Of a DNA stretch of 64,000 nt, positions 52,572-64,000 are shown one piece after another. The notes beneath the pieces were generated by a model. That model searched no databases and was not told the DNA's origin. It saw only the letters and a program-made list of their open reading frames with translations. The stretch spans positions 21,948,001 to 22,012,000 of the forward strand of contig CM120646.1 in NCBI GenBank assembly GCA_051362555.1. The letters run 5' to 3'. Positions within the stretch are counted from its first letter, which is position 1. Every line of letters starts with the position of its first letter. Made by a program: the position numbers and the translations under genes. The DNA is from Lingula anatina. Lineage: Eukaryota > Animalia > Brachiopoda.

Positions 52572-53995
52572 AAGAGTATAAGCGATATAAATACTAAAAT
52601 CTGGGACGCCAGATAAATACTAGCATCTGGGACGCCAGATTGCGTTATGATTATTTTTATTATTAGCATAAGTATTATTGATAGACATATTATTATATTA
52701 TTAGCATGGTTCCATATATGTTTTATTGTTATCATAATCTTTTGGATGAATAATACTATGGCAAGTTAAAAATATTGCCTGTTAAATGTGACTGTATTCA
52801 AGTTTGATGATGATTGTTATAATATACGTAGTTAAGTTTTTCTTGACATGCATTTCTGCTTCATTCATTTTGGATATATTCGTACACGCTGGACATGGAC
52901 ATTCGTGGATATACAGGAAACTGTGAACATTTATCTACACGTATGCCAACGTGCGCGAATAAGACGTTTATCCATATACAATGAGTGGCAGATGACAATC
53001 GCTATGCACTGTCTAGAAGGACGGATTTGACATTATATGATAACTGAATTTTCGTGCTAAAATTCAAAAATGGAGGATATAACAGACTATACCAAATGGA
53101 ACTTTTCATTTGAGTGGATATGAACTTTAAATTTTACGAGTTAATTTTGAGTTATATGTTATTGCATGTGGTTATAATGACACATTAAGTATTGTGTGTT
53201 GAATAATAAATACGTTTAGTATTTATAATATATATATATTCAGTTTGTCGGTCTCATAATTATTAGTTATTGATATTTAAATATACAGTTATTGGTATAG
53301 GAACAGTGTACTTAACTTTTATAAAGATGATGACGTGAAACTGATGATATGCATTAAGGAAGATTCTTACTTTATTATTTTTCGGTACGTTTTTGTTCAA
53401 TCGTGGATTGGGTTTGATATAAAACAATTGTTTCTCTTATAACCATCAAAAGAGAGCGCTACAGTGTGGACAAATATGATGATGAACAAGTACTTCATCA
53501 TGAACGATGCGCTGGTCGCAACGTTGTGGTGACTGCTGTTCATTGGACAGGGAGTGATCGGCCCTATTGTCTCACGTAGTGCATCCCAAGAACATCTCAT
53601 ATGGCAAACGAAAGAGAGAAACTATATAATAAAATGTGTCAGAGCCATAATAAGAGAGTAACAGATTTAAACATATGCGCGGAGAAAACAAATAAAAGTA
53701 TCTGTACTCTTGGGCCGCACATTACAACATGTAAATGCACATCCACGAAAAATCATATTTTCTAAAAAAAAATTATCAATCTATCTTCCTTTAAGTTATA
53801 TTTGGGGTTTCATGTCAATTTTATTTCTATCTTATAGTAGGTTTATAATACAAAATCTATGTACTTAGTTTTGTTTTGCATGAATTTATGATAAAAGACA
53901 AATGCAGTGTTTAAGAAAGTTTATTTTTAATTAATGTATATTTTAATTTTAAATATGCCTAGGGACAGGCATATCGTCCCCGGGAGATAATGTAA

Positions 53996-54268
53996 TGTTA
54001 GTTAGTGACAGCATGCAGTGAATAAGAGCGGGGAGTGTTTAGTAGAGTAACGTAAGTTGATTGACATGCTCTTATGGTATTTATACAACTGCGCTTAGTG
54101 TAAACAGAGAGAAGGCCGCTACAGATTGCATGAGGTAGAAATAGAAATGAAGGAAGCGGCGCGGGTAATAACTGGACAGTAGTTCAATAAATAATAAGAA
54201 AGATAATATCTGAGTTGTATTTGCTACCTCGCGTAACATGATGAAGACAAGCCAACAACTTCGTCACA
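53996..54268 (+). repeat. 3' LTR (may begin 5 nt earlier at 53991, tgtaa)
   Basis: Matches the 5' LTR; preceded by cgggagataa. Confidence 0.93.
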
Positions 54269-54507
54269 CGTATACAGTACACAGATGATGGTGTTTACAC
54301 GTGTACTGCAACCAATGGAGTGTTCACAAAAGCTGCTTCAAGGAGTGTAATAGTTAGATGTAAGTTTAATTTGTACAGACAAACACACACGGTGAATTAA
54401 ATTCTTGATGTCTGCCAGATTATAGAACACCATAAAATAGAAAAAAAGACACAATAGTGGAAATCATGGCAATCTTTCCTTTAAACTGAGACAGTGTGTG
54501 TGTCTGT

Positions 54508-54549
<42 letters not shown>

Positions 54550-57500
54550 TCTCTTTCAAGCAATGACATTGTCCAAAAATGAATCTTAAAAAAAATTGTT
54601 GGTGACATATATTTCACTTCTGCCGTCTTCTCTCTATCTTTATCCAGACATTTAAATAAAAAGTAGCAAGTGTATTTTCCAGACTCCCCAAAGGAAGACC
54701 CAAATAACAAAACTCAACGAGTAAGTGGTGATATCGGGGAAACAAAGGCCTTAAGTGTCCATGTCATCGCTTACCCAAAGCCAACTTCATTCACTTGGAA
54801 GAAAGAGCAACAACTGGTCAACATTACATCACTGGACCAAGATTTCTCATCCTCATTGCCAATACTGATAGATGAGAGTAGCTATGGAAACTACACATGT
54901 GAAGTTACTAATGGGGTGAAGGAGCCACTTGTTGTTCATTTTACACTAGAACGTTTAGGTAAGACGAAAATTTATCTTCAACATCTTACCTTTGTATCTC
55001 ACATGCACAGTGTCTAAACATTTGTCGGCTGTAGCTGACTTTTTAATTCTTATTTATTCTTTTTCATTCTTGTACCAATGTGATTTATTTTGCATGACCC
55101 TATGAAATTACATTTTTTTTTACAAGTGAAGAATCTTAAGGGGATAACAACGTTTAATTTTGGCCCAAAAATGGATTTTCCTTGGGTAAATAACGATTTT
55201 ATCATACGCACCAATGGTTAACGAATCCAACCCGAGATTCAAAGTTAGCCCATGTTTTTTTTTCCTTTTTTAAGTTTCATTTTGTTAATAATCTCTAGAG
55301 AGATTATCACAGGGGCTAGCTCCATGGTATCATGGAGGGCAGGTAAAAACGGAGGACGTAGACAGGTGTTTACTCTCCAGTACAAGGAGGTACAGGTAAG
55401 TTATGCAATGAATATCTGTGATTTGTTCACTTATGTATAAATTGTTAAAATATTCCACACAAATAAAAACGCACACTTCATTGTCTTTATTGAACACTAG
55501 TGCATGCAAATTATCAAGCTTCCCCTGTATTAGCATAAGAAACCAAGATGTCAATAATTCGCACTTTAATAAAATGGTTGATATCATGTTTCAGGTACAG
55601 GTTTTCATGTCGATCAACTGCATGTGTATTTTCCGATGTTGTTTTACACGCCCCTAAAGCAGAACACCGTCCGTGGTGGTGTTCTGCTCTAGGAGATTGT
55701 CACACTGGGTAGTTATCTAAGTGTTTTTCATATTGACGATATACCTGTATGAATAACATGTTGGTACATTGCTATTTTTTGACGTTTAAACATAATTTTA
55801 CCGCGCGTGGTATATATCATGCTTGCTCTTTTTTATACTTTGAAATCTTTCTGTATGCAAGCTTGTCGTGCTGTAGCCATCAGCGGCGTTTTAATTTAGT
55901 TTGCCATATCAATAGCACCGCCCAAATACTCCTTCCATAAAATAAGCATGTGGCGTTGTAACCTTATACACGGTAGGCATCAACCGACACTTTTCCTTTG
56001 GTGACAAGTTATTGATGTTGTTAACTTGAAGCAGATTCCACCGGAAGTCAAAGTCCGAAATATTCAGTCCATTCAGTCCACGTATTTAGATTATTTAAGT
56101 TATAGGAGACGTCGGACGCTAATGGTACATGGGTATTTCAACATATCTGTTCTCATATGCACTATGCTTAAATAATAAAAAAAAACCAGTTTAGCGTAAG
56201 TGAAAATTTGATTATGATAATGCTGGGTCGCATCAAATCAGTTGCAGTTTAATCGGACAGCAACTGGAACAAGTGTTACCCTTTAATTCAGCCAATGAAT
56301 TGATATGCACAAAAATGTACACACAAAATCAATTATGCTTAACATCAAACGGGGTAGTAAAATGTTTTATGTGGCCAAATGTTCACAAGGACAACAAAGC
56401 TCTGTTTTTGCTTAAAGGTAAATAAGATAAAGTGACTGAAAATTGAAATTTTATTTATGACGAAAAATAATAAGTTACAAAGTTACAAAAATGGGGGAAT
56501 AAGGCTACACCCCCTTACTTTATGACTGCAAAAATATATAATTATTTATGTAGTTTAATGAATACAACCAAAATTTATTAAGAAAAATATGTGAAACAAC
56601 AAAAACGCGGGTTTAGGGTAGTGTATGTTTTGGTACATCACGATACTGAGTATTTGTATCTTTTTCATTCAGGTACAACATAATGCTGTCTTGTTGGGAG
56701 GAAGATCCGCACTTTTAAAATACCGACGTTTCAATCCTTTGCAGACACACTGACCCACTTGTTGTCCACAAATTACGATGTTTTATCTCAAGTGAAATTT
56801 GAAGAGAGGCTCTACGTGGATCTTGATCACAGACCGGACGAAAAGTGCTAAGAGACATGTTAGTTTACTTTACTGTTTGTTAGTCTAGATAATTTTAGAT
56901 GTACCCTTCACTGCAAGGTGAACCATGAACTCTAATCCAAAGGAATTTGTGCTTTCTTTTTCCCAAACTTTTAAAATTTACGCATGCGCATGCAGTACAT
57001 GAGATTTGGAAGTCGCTGTTGCGTAATGCAGAACGTAGGTTCAGATGGTGAGAAAATGCATTCGTAAAGGTAAAGGTACACAAAGGAACACCTAGAAAAT
57101 GAGTAATTTTCACGTGCTCACTTATCATTTATATATCCCTCTCTGCGCTTGGATTTGACCTTTGATAAAATTTATATAAGTTGCTTTTAGCTTAAAAGGA
57201 CTGTACAGTCATTTTCGTATTTTTTCCAATAGAATTATCAACATAAGGCACGCTCCAGAAAAAAAAACATGTAAAGGGTTTAATCGTTTTGAAAGCGTAG
57301 GTAAGGTTTTATGAAAAGCCGTAGATGGCAAAAATCAGGTTTTTAAACCCAGAAAGTGTACCTTTAATTTCCAAGGAGTCTATCGATCGCGACGGACGTC
57401 ATTGATCATTCCAAATTTAAAGAAAAGAAAGGCTGTAGTCTTAAATGTAATAGCCTTTAATTTGCCTGCTTAGACTCAAACACGATTATTGATGTACAAG

Positions 57501-58029
57501 TACATGTAGTATGCAGTCTATTTATTTTAATATTGTAATTAACTGTAATCACGGAGAGGTAATATTAATCAAAAGTTAAAAAATACAGGCAATGTATACA
57601 ATCTGGCGAAAATACAGTCGCATTACTATGAACAGAGAGACACGATGGGATAGTAAACTGTCTTAACTGGAATCGGTATCTAAAATATCTGCGCAAAAAT
57701 AATAAATATACATTATAATAAGATACCAAGCTGCAATTTGACAGCTATTTGAACTGAAATATAAGATAATGAAATGATCCAAAATAATAATGATGCTTAT
57801 TGATGAATATGAAATAATAATAAAAAATTAAAGTCAATAAATGGAAGAGGAATTTGCTCCTAGACTCTGCCTATAGCCTGTGATAAATATTTATCAAGTT
57901 AACCACATGATGCAGTAAGAAGTGCAAGGTTTAATATAAAATTATTTTCAAATGACACCGATAAACATCACGGGAAACACATCTAGAGTGCTCATACGTA
58001 TAATGTCACCTTACAACCACTTACAAATC

Positions 58030-58362
58030 AGCTTCCAATTCACAATCTTCTGCCACACTGGTGGGAAACCTATGTGGAATAAGTGAATGTGTTGACCTAA
58101 GTGCTATTTTTATACCGAGGCATACGAATGAACTATTTATCATTAAGGTCAGGTCAATCAACGCGACAACAGCCAGGATGAGGAAGTAGGCGACACCAAG
58201 GGATTTTTAAATTACAAGTAGTTTCATGAAAGGAGTACGTCTATATATGTGATATGGCGAGAATGTCAACTTCAATCAGCTCTGTTCTCGATGAATAATC
58301 AACCGGCCTTAGTAGGAGAATTCATGTCCGATTTCTTTTATTTGTGTCTTGTTTTTCAAAAG
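58030..58362 (+). promoter_or_regulatory. Promoter and exon 1 of RTK copy 3
   Basis: Close homolog of 20070-20376, with homology extending over about 57870-58550; donor aag|gtaagg. Confidence 0.75.
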
Positions 58363-59392
58363 GTAAGGCTTACGTAAGGTGTACGTTCAGCTCGTTCATA
58401 AAATACGACATGAATATAAAAGCACACGTGCGTGTATCCATAACCACCACCATTTTCAATTATTTAACTCCGCATTTGGTGGGATATTGATTAAGACTTA
58501 GTAATACGTTTGTACAGGGGGTGGCATTCCGTATAACTATTGTAACCTTTGTATCGGGCGTATTTATGCCGATCGTGGGTTTCCTTCTTACGTATACCCC
58601 TTAGACCGCATTCACAACGATTTGAGCCAGGCTTTACAAATTCAGAGACTAAATATGGCGGACGTACATGAAAGGAAAACCGCCTAATCTTTTAATAGTC
58701 TCTCCACCTCTCACACGCCTCCCCACACGTCGTCCCTGCGGGGTACAGTCATTAAATCTCGGCTCCGTTCGCCATGTGGAAGCTACCTGAGAAAAAGAAA
58801 TGAATTGGCCCGTAGAGCAGCTATGAATCGGAATCAAAATGGTGAAAACACCCCCCCCCCCTTCCAGTTCGATCAGGCGTAGGGAACAAGGCAAACATCA
58901 GCATCAGAACGAACTGCGCCCTCTGGCGAGACTGCATACTGCCCTCCACCTCCTCCGTCTACTGGGGCTGGGTATCTCCGTGAATATCTCTAGTGACAAT
59001 ATCTCCGTAGATAGCCAATTCATTGCTGCTCTACGGGCCCAATTCATTTCTTTTTCGTCTCTGTTTTGAGAGATAATAGAACAGAAGAGCTTTTTTCCTT
59101 CGATCGCCTCCAGCCGCCATTCTTTCTTCACCTCGAGTTTAATTGATGAGCATGCGCACTTAATATTTCTCAGGTAGCTTCCGCATGGCGAACGGAGCCG
59201 AGATTTAATGACTGTGCCCCGTTTCAAAAATATTTGAGTTGTTTGGATTTCCTCAACACAGCAGATATCACGATTACAAGGCAACATGCTAACAGGCACT
59301 TGTACTCCAAGGTGAAGTTATTTTGATAATGATGATTGGTGTTCGAACAATGGATTGTACACTTATATATTTTCTTCTTTATTTAGCATGAG

Positions 59393-62300
59393 ATGACGAA
59401 GTTCTACAAATATATTGTAGAGAAACAAGGGGTTTTATGGATACTTTACACTGCGAGCATAACAGGTAAAAGAAGGAAAAATGTAATATTGTGTCTAAAA
59501 TGTTACTCACCTATGAGAATACATGTTTCATCTGAAAGTTACGTTTCATGAACTTTTTTCCCTTTCAAATGAGTTATACTATACTGATATGTGTATCAGC
59601 AAAAAGTCACAGATTGCAATTAGGTATAGTACACCTAATATTTAAATTTGTAGATATGTTGTAATTCATCACACTCAAATGGATATAAAATGTTTATAAT
59701 ATTAACTAAAACAGTATTAGAGGATGAAGCGCTCGTTTTTTTATTTCCGTTTTTACATTGTGTATTTTGGTAAAGATAATCATTAGATCGATGATGCTAT
59801 ACTGGTAAAGTCACTCCTTTTGCTTTCAATTAACAATATTACAAATTTTAAAAGCTAAAAACACGCTTTGCTACACTGGATTAGACGAAACAGGAATAGA
59901 CCTGTGTCCGTACTACAAGTTTAAGGGAGAAGAAACGTCTGAATGTCTTAGGATACAGACGACTGGTTATAACCAGTAAACTTTTATCTTAATTTATTGA
60001 CACGTGTATGTGAGGCAAAACTCCATGGGGAGAATCCTCGTGTATCTTTATCACTCTTCATACTCTTGGAAGATGCCTCCGTCTTGGTTAACATACTGTA
60101 ATCTTTTACGACTTAAAAGGTCAAAACGTTCAAATTGAAATAATCAAAAATACATGACATAAACCAATACATGTATCTAAGCACTTTCTTGAATTTTTAA
60201 AATTCTATCGAACCGTGATATTTACCACATGTGTGGGATGCACTTAATTTTAGTAATTTAAAGCCTCGGTCACAACCGAACGCACGAATTTCAGGATAGT
60301 ACGTCCCCTGCGATTTTTGGGTGTTGCGGAGGCCGTGGAGGTCGTAGAGGAAGAGGAAAGTCTACCTTGCGAGTCACAAAGGCGACGTGAGATGTCCTAT
60401 CAAGCAGGGACGCTAATTGCAAGGAGCGATGGCCGTGGAAATTGAACTCATTTCTTGAGTTTGTCTTGCTTCCTGTGTACGTGGCACACACTCACCACTT
60501 ACGAAGGGAATGCAACGCACGGCGAAAGTAGTGCCCTTTTGCGTCAGTTTTGCTTCACACGTGCCTCACACGTTTGTGGTGACGTACTGACGGCGTACGT
60601 CAGTTTTGCTTCCTGTTCTCCTCTTTTTCCTTCTTCCTCCTCCCTTTTTTCTACTACAGACTTGACATTTAATATGGAATATTTTAGTTTCGAAGGTGTG
60701 CCTAGGTAGAAATGCGTTCTTTTTTCAAAAAACTAAGATCTCATATAAGATATGTGAATGGAGAAGTGTGTAGTCAGGTGTGTCGCTTCCAATTAACTGA
60801 ATACCAGGTTTGTTACGCTGCTGCATTATGTAATTTGAAGTAATTTTATTAGGTAGTGCTCCTTTGGGCAGGTCAAAGCTTGGCTTTGGCAAAGCACAGT
60901 TCTGTCAGAAAAGTATCCATATGTCGGTAACTACTGCATAGAAGAATTTGAAATTTTGCATGCAAGTGGTCGGTTTTGCAGTGTGTAAAATGAGCTATGC
61001 AGTGCTTTGCAAGTTTGTTAATCTGTGGCAAAATGGCGCGAAAAAGACAGACATTGCCAGACAGTTAATTGCGCCAAACGAAACGGTCCGCACAGTTTTA
61101 TAGAGTAATGCCCAGACTGATGTACCTACATAGAGGCCACACCCAATGTATTAAAATCTTACCACCAGAGTATAGGACCCCCTGTCTTTCAGGATATGCT
61201 GTTGCAACTAAACAAAAACCACCCAGTCCGTTCAGAATGAGGGGTAAATTGCCACCAAAACGCATTTTTCAAGGCCCTTAGCGAACACCAAACTGGTTTT
61301 AGCAGGTTAGAATACCAGACGACCTCCGAGGAACCCACTGTAAACAGCAAAACATCGTTGTATGTTTCTCTAATGAATTAGGGACCATGATCGTTTCTGG
61401 GTTGAACACTGAAACCTCGTGGCTTTCTTTATTGAGGTCAGATTTCCCCTGTACCGCTCAACTAGTCAAAACAGAGTTTACAGACATCCAGAAGAGGCCA
61501 ACGACGAAGTGTGTGCCGCCTCTAAAGTGACTTAGGTCATTAACAGCGGCAGTATTTGAAGTGGACACCACATTGGTGCCAAAATACCAATGGCAGTCAT
61601 CGACGAAAACCTGAACCAGATTAAATAAAGGAATAATCTGGGAACCACTTGACTATCATTTGATAGGGGGCACCTTAAGAACAATTTTAGGTTGTACGGT
61701 GGGATTGCCGGTTCACACAGAGCACTTTTAATAACAGATTACTTAGAGAACCAAGGGAATGAACAGCTACCCTGGTCATCAAAACCGCCATATTTGAACC
61801 ACGTAGACAATATGTGGGTAGGCCATTACTCGCCAAATGAATGGCCTACATGTCCTACAACAAAACTGGGCCAAATTGGACAGATTTCGACCGATGCCTG
61901 GAATGTTATTCCAGATTGAACTCTAAAAACATATCCCAAGGAATGCCTTGCCGCTTGAGAGCGCTGGTAGCAGCCAGAAGAGGTCAGGCGTAACAGCGAC
62001 TGTTACTGTGACTAGACACTGGCATGAGGGTCCTTTGTGGAGCGTGTAACTCTTTTGCAGACAATAATTTGGAAAATATGGAGATCCAAAATATCTCATT
62101 TAATGGTTGTCGTATGAAGTAGAAAAGGCAATGTGTTTTTGTTTGCTTCTCTGGCGAATTCCATTAATGAACTGATGTCACAATGACATCAAAGAGATAA
62201 TTAAAAGTTATTAGAACACGATTTTAATCCTTATTTTCATTTACCAGTCAGTAAAATAGGAAAAAAACTGATGAAAAATGATTTGGAAAAAATATTCCAT

Positions 62301-63474
62301 ATTAAATGTCAAGTCTGTATGTAAGCTTCTTTCTCTTGTCTTTTGGAAGCATATTAGAAAGTAAATTGAGCAAAAATTTGAAAATTTTGAAAATTGTTGT
62401 ACACGATACACAGTCGACATTCATTGTAAAGACACGAGCGTGCGTCGCGGGCACGCCTTTTATACACTAGGCGTGGGGGTGACGCACGTGCGACGCATTC
62501 CCGGTGTACTCTCAACTTTGTTCGTTAGTTGTGAGGGCGTGCGCCTTACTCAACACGCAAATGGCTCTTGCTCCTTCATTGCTTGCGACGTGCGTCTTGC
62601 ACAACGCGCGTCTCTGTTGCTAACTCCGGGCGAGGGGAGCAAGTTACACTTGCGGCCTTGCTGTTCGCAGGCTATTCGTAGAATCTTTTGGACATGTCCA
62701 ACATCCTCCGTACGTGCTTACGGGCTGTCTGCGAACTCGAAATTGCGTAAGAAGGACTTGCGTGGGACGTGAGATTCTGCGCAAAATTTGGACGCAAACA
62801 GCCCGTGTTTTTTGATAATCACCTATAATTCTGACCAATTTGCTGGGGAAACTACATTTACTGTTAGCATGAAAGGGCCTACGTATGACCCCCAGTTACA
62901 CCTAACTTATCCCTTATATGCAACGACTACTATGCTGCCAGATAACGTGACGGTAACATACTAGTAGTCTATCCATACTGAACAGTTCAAACAAAATAAA
63001 GCAACGTATGTTTTCGTACCTAGAATAAATATATAAATTTCAACAGTAAAAACTAGTACCCTGTATTATAGCCGTGTTCTTTTCCAGCTTCCTTGCCAAG
63101 TTGTGATGACGCCATTAGTGTTAGTCTACCCTCGTCTTACTCTGTACGCACGGGGCAGAGTGCCACACTGCAGTGTACATTTACTCCTCATGCAGTGGAG
63201 TACCAAGTGAAGTGGTCGTGGAATTTAGAGGAGTATGAACTAGTTGTAGCCAACTTAACTGGTACACCTGCAGTACGTCCCAATGGTGTTCTACAGCCAG
63301 CATGGAATGAAAGGTTGTCATTCCAGCCTCCAGCCTCACTTGTCATCAGTGGTGTCACTGCAGCAGATGCTGGGACCTACACATGTGGGGTGAAGATAAC
63401 ATTAACATACCCATCAACATGTTCAATAGCTAACAGTCGGTATTTTACATCAGATACAACCCTCTCTATTACAG
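59393..63474 (+). CDS. RTK copy 3, 5' part (SP exon 59387-59465, V-set exon 63088-63474); continues beyond the window
   Basis: MTKFYKYIVEKQGVLWILYTASIT + ASLPSCDDAISVSLPSSY...DAGTYTC...; splice sites match copy 1. Confidence 0.88.
60657..62317 (+). mobile_element. Degenerate Tc1/mariner element in intron 2 of RTK copy 3
   Basis: TA|cagacttgacatttaatatggaatattt ... aaatattccatattaaatgtcaagtctg|TA; transposase remnant LPWSSKPPYLNHVDNMW (WPxxSPDLNPIE-like). Confidence 0.9.
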
Positions 63475-63486
63475 GTAAATCCGGCA

Positions 63487-63490
<4 letters not shown>

Positions 63491-63570
<80 letters not shown>
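63491..63570. repeat. (AT)n microsatellite
   Basis: Read directly; similar runs at about 17225-17288 and 27344-27414. Confidence 0.95.
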
Positions 63571-63572
<2 letters not shown>

Positions 63573-63779
63573 CTGTCAAGTAAGTACAGCATGTAAATAG
63601 ACAATTTGTTATTCTACTGTGAATGAAAAAATAAAAAATACATGTATTTATAATAAGCAGGCTGAGTATGTAATTTATTAGTAACACGGCACAAGAAATG
63701 TCAGGATATTATTTTCTCATCTGCTTCAGATGAATTCTTATCACAATCCCATTTAGGATTCAACAGCTTTATGTTCTAC

Positions 63780-64000
63780 ATTTTACCTCTTGTCTTCAAA
63801 CATACAAAACTGATGAATATGTATAAAATGCAGGTCAAGTTCAAAAATCGGCCTGATCCGACTATTTTTCAGTATATTTTATCCGCTGTTATAAAAATAA
63901 AATATAAACCACTTTTACCTTTTGTCTTCAAACATACAGAAGTGATGAATATTCATAAAACGCAGGTCATGAACAAAAGTCAGCATGATCAGACAATATT
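63780..64000 (+). repeat. Repeat family shared with 1700-2130
   Basis: gatgaatattcataaaacgcaggtca...cagcatgatc units. Confidence 0.75.

Larger units (their letters stand above)
48959..54268 (+). mobile_element. Young non-autonomous Ty3/Gypsy-derived LTR retrotransposon (LARD-like) inserted in the Ig6 exon of RTK copy 2
   Basis: 273-bp LTRs with no mismatch seen, TG...CA ends, 4-bp TSD CGTA (48955-58 / 54269-72), PBS, purine-rich tract before the 3' LTR. Decayed RT (YFDDFMV), RNase H, integrase and chromodomain remnants at 49350-50620. Confidence 0.93.
36600..56851 (+). pseudogene. RTK copy 2 (pseudogene)
   Basis: Exon 1 (to 36892), SP exon 37391-37463 and V exon 37764-38135 are intact, and Ig7 54683-54958 is present. 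Ig2-4 were not found. Ig5 48365-48628 has a TAA at 48625. Ig6 48773-54359 is split by an LTR element. An FN3 fragment lies at about 55325-55390 and a kinase fragment at about 55686-55712. The last exon 56673-56851 is frameshifted. Confidence 0.9.

Noticed and set aside
52569-52600. Hammerhead-like CUGAAGA-GUAU...AUAC
   Set aside because: Followed by UAAA instead of the required GAAA; no convincing stems I and III.
52320-52735. ORFs 52320-52616 (+) and 52460-52735 (-)
   Set aside because: No recognisable protein; by-products of the GC-rich structured RNA.
58600-59310. ORFs in the GC-rich insert of copy 3 intron 1
   Set aside because: Absent from the homologous intron of copy 1 and without recognisable protein motifs; probably a non-autonomous TE whose ends I could not define.

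Overview
AT-rich, intron-containing invertebrate (animal) nuclear DNA with a tandem array of receptor tyrosine kinase genes on the + strand. Copy 1 (CDS 20752-34788) is intact: 20 coding exons, about 1330 aa, signal peptide + 1 V-set Ig + 6 further Ig + 2 FN3 + TM + a RET/Cad96Ca(Stitcher)-type kinase. Copy 2 (about 36.6-56.9 kb) is a TE-disrupted pseudogene that keeps its promoter, signal-peptide exon and V exon. Copy 3 starts at about 58.1 kb and runs off the window. The three V domains differ mostly in CDR-like loops. The rest is transposon debris: Ty3/Gypsy, DIRS, Penelope GIY-YIG, LINE, Tc1/mariner, an ISL2EU-type THAP/DDE + YqaJ element, Helentron-type non-autonomous elements, MITEs and microsatellites. 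The main discovery lies in a young, non-autonomous 5.3-kb LTR retrotransposon (48959-54268; LTRs identical by eye, tRNA-Ala PBS, decayed pol). It carries a roughly 620-nt GC-rich structured island in which a complete group I ribozyme core (P3-P9 with a canonical P7 G-binding site) can be folded by hand. The core also shows the P10/P15 terminal G-U topology of lariat-capping (GIR1-type) ribozymes, and two GACG-tetraloop hairpins follow it. All structures and family assignments were read by eye; no search or folding program was run.
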